From IMG/VR virus record IMGVR_UViG_3300016667_000489, positions 1-48,591 of that record: 48,591 nucleotides of DNA, one strand, 5' to 3'. Shown here in pieces: positions 42,244 to 48,591 of the stretch (position 1 is the stretch's first letter; the number at the start of each line of letters is the position of its first letter). Under the pieces are notes generated by a model, which saw nothing but the letters and a program-made list of their open reading frames with translations, was not told the origin of the DNA and did no database searches. Origin of the DNA: a virus (lineage: Duplodnaviria > Caudoviricetes). The position numbers and the translations under genes are program-made.

Positions 42244-42639
42244 TCAGGTCAACGAACTCAAATTCGGCACAACCTGATCAACATCGGCTTCAATAGCAAC
42301 ACCTTCATTAACAAGCCAATCCTGGGCAATTTTACGAACAATACGAGGCGTGCCCTCTGCTTCCGCAATATCTCGCATTACTGACCGGAGCACCAAACGC
42401 TCACCCTCGGGCTTGACCTTTACAGGCTTTGTAAGCATTCTGCCACTTGCGATGGTGCGACCAATATCCTTACGGAACTGATCTGCATCTGGACGGCATA
42501 GAGCATAACCATAGTGGATCTTATTACCATTACGCCCCCATCGACGAGCGATGGTTAGAACACGATCTGCATTATCCGCATCACGAACATATGCAAACTT
42601 AACAATACGATTAAGGGGCTTTTCAAAATTCTCTGACAT
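42244..42639 (-). CDS. Hypothetical protein
   Basis: GYALCRP..DQFRKDIGRTIA.GR, a pattern common in small phage proteins. Confidence 0.72.
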   Translation of the reverse strand: MSENFEKPLNRIVKFAYVRDADNADRVLTIARRWGRNGNKIHYGYALCRPDADQFRKDIGRTIASGRMLTKPVKVKPEGERLVLRSVMRDIAEAEGTPRIVRKIAQDWLVNEGVAIEADVDQVVPNLSSLT

Positions 42640-42689
42640 TTTCTATCTATCTCACTATTTATGGTTAGAGTTGTTTACCTGATATCTTC

Positions 42690-42718
42690 ATACTATCATC
42701 CCTTAAAAAAAAGATAAA
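42690..42718 (-). promoter_or_regulatory. Sigma70-type promoter
   Basis: gTTTATC-17-TAGTAT with TG extension. Confidence 0.6.
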
Positions 42719-42771
42719 CCCGATTCAATAATGGATCGGGTTGTCTTGTTTCTGGAAGAATAATAAAAACG

Positions 42772-42798
42772 AAAAACCCCCGGTTTTCACCAGGGGCT
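42772..42798 (-). terminator. Intrinsic terminator after the AAA gene
   Basis: CCCCTGG/CCGGGGG stem with a T tract on the minus strand. A second stem-loop lies at 42717-42742. Confidence 0.7.
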
Positions 42799-42874
42799 AA
42801 TCGCTTTGTTAGCTTTCCCGCTTTTACTGCTATTAGCTACTCACACTCCGAACAGGGCGGGAGAGCTAAAGCTT

Positions 42875-44143
42875 TCAGCGGCGAGCGCCACGCTTACGGG
42901 GCGCAGGGGCAGCAGCCGGGGGCACATTCGCACCAGCCGTAGCCGTTGCAGCCTTCGCAGTCTTCGCCGGAACCTTGAGATCCGACGTATCCTGACCCGT
43001 GGTGCGGCGCACCATAAGCTGCTCAACGTGCGGGTGAACCTTCGTGAGATTCTTGATATTCTTCTGGAGAGTCATCCACATGGCCATCATGGGCTCCGGA
43101 GGAGCATCGTGCATGAAGCGGGCAAGTTCAAGAGCCTGATCCGCATTGAGGTCATGCTTCTTGAGCCAATCACCCATCTTGCTCACAAGCTCGACATACA
43201 TTTCATTCGACAGACGACCAAGCTTGCGCTTTGCAGCCTCCCAATCCTCGAGCATTTCCTCGCACGACACCTGACGATCACGCTCGGCGCAGAACTTCTT
43301 GAACGAACCGGCAACCTCGATACCGCAGAAAGCACCCGTGAGGACGTAGAACATATGATCCTCCGGATTCTCATACAGACCCAGGCGGGTAAGCTCACCA
43401 TCAAGCTTCATCCACGAACGACGGTCAGGATACTTCTTGTTAGGCTCGAAAGCACCATCATGCTCGATAAACCGCTGATTCTGGCGGAGGAAATCGACAA
43501 GGGCACTATCGCACCGAGTCGAAGCGTAATCAAGGAACTCTTCCTTGGTAGGATCAAGGTGAACCGTAGCGGCTCGGCTGATCTCGGCAGGATCCGACTG
43601 ATTAACCGTGTAAGCATCACCGATATTCTCGGCAATAACGATGATCGTCTCGGGGTGGAGGCGATGCCCGTAGAAAGCCTTGCTATCCGCAAGCTGGAAG
43701 ACAGCCTGCTTAACACCCTCAAGCGCACGGTTACGCTCGTCAAGGAAGAGAACGACCGGGAACTCACAAGCCTGGATTAGCCAATCGCAGGGACGGAAGG
43801 TGGTGCTGTTACCCTCAAGGATAGGCAGACCGATGATATCACCCTCAGTCATTTGCGAAAGACGACGCTCAATGATCGGCATACCGAGATCATAGCGCCA
43901 CTCGCTCACCTTGTTAGAGGCACGACCATGCGAAAGGACACCTGCACCAAGAACCTCGACGGCACGGCGGCAGTTAGCGGCATCACGGTAGAAATCCGAG
44001 AAACGAAGCGCAGCGGACTGATAGACACCCTCCGACTTACCCTTGGCGTGTCCACCACGGACACAAACCGTGATATCGGGCGAAACGGAAGCGACCATGC
44101 GCTGAAACGACTTCATGCTGACGGGGAGAGCGAGATTCGACAT
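42875..44143 (-). CDS. MoxR-like AAA+ ATPase
   Basis: Walker A GGHAKGKS, RLSQMTEGDIIGLP, Walker B VVLFLDE, sensor-2-like RRSW. Confidence 0.88.
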   Translation of the reverse strand: MSNLALPVSMKSFQRMVASVSPDITVCVRGGHAKGKSEGVYQSAALRFSDFYRDAANCRRAVEVLGAGVLSHGRASNKVSEWRYDLGMPIIERRLSQMTEGDIIGLPILEGNSTTFRPCDWLIQACEFPVVLFLDERNRALEGVKQAVFQLADSKAFYGHRLHPETIIVIAENIGDAYTVNQSDPAEISRAATVHLDPTKEEFLDYASTRCDSALVDFLRQNQRFIEHDGAFEPNKKYPDRRSWMKLDGELTRLGLYENPEDHMFYVLTGAFCGIEVAGSFKKFCAERDRQVSCEEMLEDWEAAKRKLGRLSNEMYVELVSKMGDWLKKHDLNADQALELARFMHDAPPEPMMAMWMTLQKNIKNLTKVHPHVEQLMVRRTTGQDTSDLKVPAKTAKAATATAGANVPPAAAPAPRKRGARR

Positions 44144-44198
44144 AACTTACTTATTCCTGTTCTGTGTTTGTTGGTTAGCTTGAGTAGCTTATGTATTA

Positions 44199-44227
44199 AG
44201 AATATCACCAGGTTCCCGATATTTCAA
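44199..44227 (-). promoter_or_regulatory. Sigma70-type promoter
   Basis: TTGAAA-17-TATTCT with TG extension. Confidence 0.8.
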
Positions 44228-44353
44228 CCAATTATTAAGTCTTTGAAATCATTGAACTTTTTACCCCTGCTATTATAACTCCCACAATTATAAATATAGG
44301 AGGTATCTCACTTACTCTAATTGGTAGGGTTCCACACTTACAGAATTCCTCGT

Positions 44354-44410
44354 GTATACGCACGTGATCAATTAAGAGGAACAGGCGCACGTATACGCAC
44401 GTAATTACGT
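44354..44410. repeat. Direct repeat GTATACGCACGT x2 plus palindrome
   Basis: Copies at 44354-44365 and 44391-44402. ACGTAATTACGT palindrome at 44399-44410. Confidence 0.8.
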
Positions 44411-44460
44411 ATATGGGCATTATGTAAGAATTCCCCTTGAAATTTGGGATGATTAAATGG

Positions 44461-44489
44461 TTTAAATATTCCGATTTTCCTGATATTAT
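44461..44489 (+). promoter_or_regulatory. Sigma70-type promoter, leaderless
   Basis: gTTTAAA-17-TATTAT with TG extension, 6 nt before ATG 44496. Confidence 0.75.
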
Positions 44490-44495
44490 GGATAT

Positions 44496-45863
44496 ATGAT
44501 GAATAAGCAAAATGTTCTCCGTGCCGGTGGTCTTAACGACGACAAGCCTGTCAAGCGTGATGGTGCTTCTGATCCTGATAATCAGCTTCGTCGCCCTGAC
44601 GAGTTTGATTTTGATTTCCTTGAACTCTATATGCAGGATCCTTTCCTTGGTGGTGTCTCGCTGGACATTACGAAGGATGCCGATCCTAACTGCCCTACCG
44701 CATACATTGGTGTCCGTAAGAATGGTGGACGCCATGACGTGATCATGGGCTACTCTCCCAAGTTTATGCGAGAGCTTACCCGTGAGGAGCGTAAGGGCGT
44801 TATCTGCCACGAGATTTACCACATGGTTTTCTCGCATATCTTCCATCGTGCGGTGGCGCAGGGTGCAGATCAGATGCTCTGGAATTGGGCTACTGACCTT
44901 GCGATTAACTCCATTATCGGTGCAAACAAGCTTCCCAAGCTTTGCCTTATCCCTGGTGTTCGTCCTCTTGAGAAGCAGGAAGATGGTAGCATGAAGCCCG
45001 CCAGCAATCCTTATGCGGATTTCATTGCCAACGCCGAGCCTCTACAGGCTTCGGATTACTACTTTGACGAGCTTAAGAAGATCCGTGACGAGCAGGGTGA
45101 CGGTGAGAGTGATATCCAGGCTGTCTTTGATAGCATGGGCACGATGGATGATCACGATAGCTGGGGTGACATTGACCCCGAGACTGCCGAGGAACTTCGT
45201 GATAAGATGAAGGATCTTATTGATCGTGCAGCCAAGCGTGCGGATCGTAGCAATCAATGGGGTTCGGTTCCTGCTCACATTCAGGAAATGATCCGCAAGA
45301 TGCTTTCCAATGAGGTTGACTGGCGTAGCATCATTCGCAACTTCATCGGTCGTGCCCGTAGCACGGATCGTCATAGCACGATCAAGCGCATCAATAAGAA
45401 GATGCCTTACGTTCACCCTGGCGTTAAGCGTCCGCTTATTGCTAACTTCGCTTGTTTCATGGATCAGTCGGGTTCTATGGCAGACGAGGATATTGCTATG
45501 CTCTTTGGTGAGCTTGGCAATCTCGCTAATCTCACGCAGCTTGACGTGTTCCACTTTGACACGGAGATTGACGAGGCTTCGCATAAGGTTTGGAAGAAGG
45601 GCGATAACACGCCGCAGATGCTCCGGACCCGTTGTGGTGGCACCGACTTTGACGCTGTTGCCAAGTTTGTTAATAACCCGAAGAATCGTGGTCGTTGGTC
45701 GGGCATCATCATTCTCACAGACGGTTATGCTCCGAGCATGAGTGCGGTTAACGGTGCCAAGGTGCTCTGGGTTGTGACGCCGAGTGGCACGATGGAGCAC
45801 GTTCGTCCTGGCGACCTTGCCTGTAAGATGAACGCTGATAGCGGTAAGTTCAAGGCTTACTGA
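44496..45863 (+). CDS. Metallopeptidase-vWA protein (DUF2201-like)
   Basis: CHEIYH, WNWATDLAINS, MIDAS DQSGS, GGTDF, ILTDGY. Confidence 0.9.
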   Translation: MMNKQNVLRAGGLNDDKPVKRDGASDPDNQLRRPDEFDFDFLELYMQDPFLGGVSLDITKDADPNCPTAYIGVRKNGGRHDVIMGYSPKFMRELTREERKGVICHEIYHMVFSHIFHRAVAQGADQMLWNWATDLAINSIIGANKLPKLCLIPGVRPLEKQEDGSMKPASNPYADFIANAEPLQASDYYFDELKKIRDEQGDGESDIQAVFDSMGTMDDHDSWGDIDPETAEELRDKMKDLIDRAAKRADRSNQWGSVPAHIQEMIRKMLSNEVDWRSIIRNFIGRARSTDRHSTIKRINKKMPYVHPGVKRPLIANFACFMDQSGSMADEDIAMLFGELGNLANLTQLDVFHFDTEIDEASHKVWKKGDNTPQMLRTRCGGTDFDAVAKFVNNPKNRGRWSGIIILTDGYAPSMSAVNGAKVLWVVTPSGTMEHVRPGDLACKMNADSGKFKAY

Positions 45864-45882
45864 TTAATCCAGAATAGCAGAG

Positions 45883-45910
45883 AAGCCCGGTTTAATCGCC
45901 GGGCTTTTTT
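45883..45910 (+). terminator. Intrinsic terminator
   Basis: AAGCCCGG/CCGGGCTT stem followed by a T tract. Confidence 0.85.
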
Positions 45911-45946
45911 GTTTATCTTTTTTGAGGATTATGTTAGGATTAATGT

Positions 45947-46294
45947 ATGAGTTTACGGATAAGAAACAATGCTGCACAAGCCCGATACAGAGATCGTAAT
46001 AAGCTTTTTGCAGATTTTAGAAGTGGCGATTTAATCAGAATAGCATTAAACACGGAATATTCGTCTGTTTGTAAACTTCGTCCCATTACAAAGAATGATA
46101 AGAATAAGTTTACTTATCGTGATAAATTTGATTACAAATGGACTAAAACCAGTAATCTTTACACGATTTTTAATGATGGGCAAATAGGATTATATGTTGG
46201 TAGATATGATGGTGCTGCTGTATTGCTGATTAATGAAGGTTTGTATAGTTGTGCGGTGGCTTGTATAAAGAAGGTAGAAGGAAACAATGGTTGA
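45947..46294 (+). CDS. Hypothetical SH3/KOW-like protein
   Basis: FRSGDLIRI...GQIGLYVG...VLLINE. TG-n-TAGGAT lies 6 nt upstream. Confidence 0.65.
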   Translation: MSLRIRNNAAQARYRDRNKLFADFRSGDLIRIALNTEYSSVCKLRPITKNDKNKFTYRDKFDYKWTKTSNLYTIFNDGQIGLYVGRYDGAAVLLINEGLYSCAVACIKKVEGNNG

Positions 46295-46571
46295 GAGTTT
46301 TATTAATATTGTTGTCACAATCCTATCCCAGATTTTCGTTGGAATGGTTCTGGGATTTTGTTGGAATAATGGTATGACGGAGTTAGGTGCTCCAGTAGTA
46401 AGTGCAAAGGCAGCTATATCGGTGTGGTTTGGATTTCTTACCATGTATATCACGCTAACATATATTTGGGTTAATATGTTTAAGAATGTGCGGGGATATA
46501 TAACAGTTACTATGGATCCGGATAAGCCAGTAAAATTTGTTCAAGCCGATAATGATGAAGTTTCGGAGTGA
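46287..46571 (+). CDS. Small membrane protein
   Basis: Two hydrophobic helices, AAGGA SD. Confidence 0.65.
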   Translation: MVESFINIVVTILSQIFVGMVLGFCWNNGMTELGAPVVSAKAAISVWFGFLTMYITLTYIWVNMFKNVRGYITVTMDPDKPVKFVQADNDEVSE

Positions 46572-46581
46572 ATAAAAGAGG

Positions 46582-46608
46582 AGGGAAGGTTAAATACCTT
46601 CCCTTTTT
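46582..46608 (+). terminator. Intrinsic terminator
   Basis: AGGGAAGGT/ACCTTCCCT stem followed by a T tract. Confidence 0.85.
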
Positions 46609-46651
46609 CATTTTGGGATATTAATTAGAAATATCAACCCGGTGGTCAGTA

Positions 46652-47449
46652 ATGGCAATAATCTATAGAGGACGAGTAGGCGGAAGCTATCAATATTGGA
46701 ATGAAGACCAAACGCCTCCATTTGGTGCCACCAATATTACTGTTGTTAACGTTCCAGCATTAACTGCCAGCCACGTTGACCGTTCTGTATATGCTCCTGA
46801 TGGTATTTCTGGTTCATTAACGCAGCTTACTGGCAGCACTTCATATCTTATTGCTGGTGCGAATATAACGATCAGTAGTGCCTCTAACGGTCCTATAACA
46901 ATATCTGCTACTGGTGGTGGGGGTGGAGACGCTTACTGGCAATCTGATGTTGCTCAAACTATTTTTACCACAGGATCAGTAGAGATAACTGGTTCTGTTG
47001 AATTGGGTGTTAATGGAGCTGGTAGAGGATTATTACGTGTAGGAACGTTAGATATATCTCCTATAACCGGTTCAACAACGGTAAATGGATCTTCGGCACC
47101 ATATACCGGCATATTAAATGGAAATATATTGAGCGCATCTGCTGGAACATATGGTGTTATTCGTCATGAACTTCATGTTCTTGGAGAAGGATATGTTGGA
47201 CCAGTTCACAACGTTTTTGCAGCTACGTATCTTGTTATGTCAGTTGTAGATCCAATATCATTGATTCAAAACGTTAGAGGGGTTACGGAGTTATCCAGAG
47301 AAATGTCTGGTAGTCATGCTGAAACATGGGATGTTAACGTTAATGAGAATGGTGATGTTACTGTAACTGGATCTAATACTGGTGCTACGATATATTGGTA
47401 TGGTCAAAGAGTTAAAGAAATGGGCTTATATCAACTCATTAGAACTTGA
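46652..47449 (+). CDS. Tail-fibre-like virion protein
   Basis: G/S/T-rich. Shares the GISGSLT.L...SYLIAG..ITI....G.I.IS module with the next gene. Confidence 0.65.
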   Translation: MAIIYRGRVGGSYQYWNEDQTPPFGATNITVVNVPALTASHVDRSVYAPDGISGSLTQLTGSTSYLIAGANITISSASNGPITISATGGGGGDAYWQSDVAQTIFTTGSVEITGSVELGVNGAGRGLLRVGTLDISPITGSTTVNGSSAPYTGILNGNILSASAGTYGVIRHELHVLGEGYVGPVHNVFAATYLVMSVVDPISLIQNVRGVTELSREMSGSHAETWDVNVNENGDVTVTGSNTGATIYWYGQRVKEMGLYQLIRT

Positions 47450-47557
47450 TTATCATATTATCAGTTCTACACGTCTTCTCCTAATATATTTATAATCGGG
47501 GCTCTTGTCATAAGTGGTTTATGATAGGGCAACTATTATAAACAGGAGATAAAATTT

Positions 47558-48591
47558 ATGGCTATAAACAAAAGATTTACCCAGCTAAATAATAGCGGGT
47601 CTAATCACAATTTACTGGATGCATATACTGGTAAAGTAACAGGTTCATTTGAAGTCACCGGAGCTGCATACTTTGCAGGTGGATTAAGTGGTTCATTAAC
47701 AAAGCTTGTAGACGGTTCTGATTACTTGCTTGCAGGACCATACATTACACTTGCAACAAACTCTCTCGGACAAATTGAAGTATCCGGAGCAGCACCAACA
47801 ACAGCAGTAAATTATTTTTATTCATTAACAAATGATGTTATTGAAGCATCTGGTTCATTATATGTTTCTGGAGCGATGAGAGCATTGTCTCTTTCTGCTT
47901 CTAATGGAGCAGAAATATCTGGAAGTGCAATATTTGCTGGGGCTGGCGGTGTTACAGTTGGCTCAGATACAGTATTCTTTGTATCTGGTGCTTTAGATGG
48001 TATAACAAATGCAACTGGAGTAGCAGCATTTGGTGGCGACGTTTACGTATCTGGTAATATGTTCGTAAGCGGATTTGGACCTGGAAATGCTCTTAACGTA
48101 TTAGGAAATGCATCTATTGATGGTAACTATATAAACTTCAATTTGTTGCCAACAGATCAAGCCATTTTCAATGGTCAAGTTTCTGCATCGTTTGGACTTC
48201 AAGTAGCAGAAATCACTTCTGCTACAGCAGTAACAATTCTTGCTCCGGTTACTGCTTCAGTAGGTTTGGAACTTTCTGGAGATTCCGTATTCCAAGCTGG
48301 TTCAACATTTACATTTAATGGTAATGGCGTATTTGCTGGTGGATTAACAGGTTCTCTTCAAGAAGTATCTGCTGGCGTTCCTTACTTGCTCGCTGGCGAT
48401 TATATTACAATCGCAACAAACTCTCTTGGTCAGATTGAAGTTTCTGCAAGTAATCTTCCAGGAACTGAAGTTTACTGGACTTCTGATGTTGCTAATAATA
48501 TCTATACAACCGGCTCTGTCGCTATTACTGCTTCCCTTGCAGTAACTGGCGCAGCATACTTCAGCCCAGCAGGAACAGGACGTGGATTGCT
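47558..48591 (+). CDS. Tail-fibre-like repeat protein (3'-truncated; absent from ORF track)
   Basis: AGGAG SD, ATG 47558 (MAINKRFTQ...), appears open to the window end. FAGGL(S/T)GSL...YLLAG.YIT.ATNSLGQIEVS repeats at ~47672 and ~48332, both in frame. Confidence 0.8.
   Translation, partial: MAINKRFTQLNNSGSNHNLLDAYTGKVTGSFEVTGAAYFAGGLSGSLTKLVDGSDYLLAGPYITLATNSLGQIEVSGAAPTTAVNYFYSLTNDVIEASGSLYVSGAMRALSLSASNGAEISGSAIFAGAGGVTVGSDTVFFVSGALDGITNATGVAAFGGDVYVSGNMFVSGFGPGNALNVLGNASIDGNYINFNLLPTDQAIFNGQVSASFGLQVAEITSATAVTILAPVTASVGLELSGDSVFQAGSTFTFNGNGVFAGGLTGSLQEVSAGVPYLLAGDYITIATNSLGQIEVSASNLPGTEVYWTSDVANNIYTTGSVAITASLAVTGAAYFSPAGTGRGL

Noticed and set aside
24079-45800. Long antisense ORFs (24079-24855, 26733-27497, 42806-43780, 44235-44846, 45042-45800) as real overlapping genes
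   Set aside because: They lie in exact codon register opposite well-supported genes, have no recognisable motifs, and are explained by TTA/CTA/TCA avoidance.
1-48591. Stop-codon reassignment (alternative genetic code)
   Set aside because: Conserved genes are full length in code 11 and end at TAA/TGA/TAG at sensible positions. Reading through the sigma TGA hits TAG six codons later and does not yield the HTH.
1-48591. CRISPR array, integrase, transposase or rRNA
   Set aside because: No regularly spaced repeats or recognisable motifs were seen.

Overview
This window is a 48.6 kb piece of a large (jumbo-type) tailed phage genome. It reads in the standard bacterial code, and its lipoproteins and spanin-like genes point to a diderm host. 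It encodes nucleotide and replication functions (nrdB/nrdA with a free-standing HNH-type gene between them, thyX, dnaE, a DnaQ-like exonuclease, uvsE), envelope/lysis enzymes (amidase, degenerate M23, holin/spanin-like trio, lipoprotein trypsin, patatin), and an actin-like ATPase with a membrane partner. It also carries ClpP, an Fe/Mn SOD, two DNA methyltransferases (one coupled to a nuclease-like gene), a divergent MoxR-AAA/vWA-peptidase pair, three tRNAs (Leu-UAA, Leu-CAA, an atypical Ile-UAU) and tail-fibre-like genes at the right end. The most interesting signals concern gene expression and virion loading. (1) A sigma70-family factor is split so that its region-4.2-like HTH is a separate, translationally coupled gene, and two more region-4-like HTH paralogues lie elsewhere. 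(2) An amphipathic [LI]-x-E leader recurs on unrelated enzymes, suggesting capsid-packaged cargo. (3) Sigma70-type promoters often sit 6-7 nt from the ATG, implying leaderless mRNAs. (4) GC-richer, apparently early genes avoid TTA/CTA/TCA codons, while the phage supplies tRNAs for TTA/TTG/ATA. (5) There are two candidate structured ncRNAs. All functional calls rest on motif recognition by eye; no searches were run.
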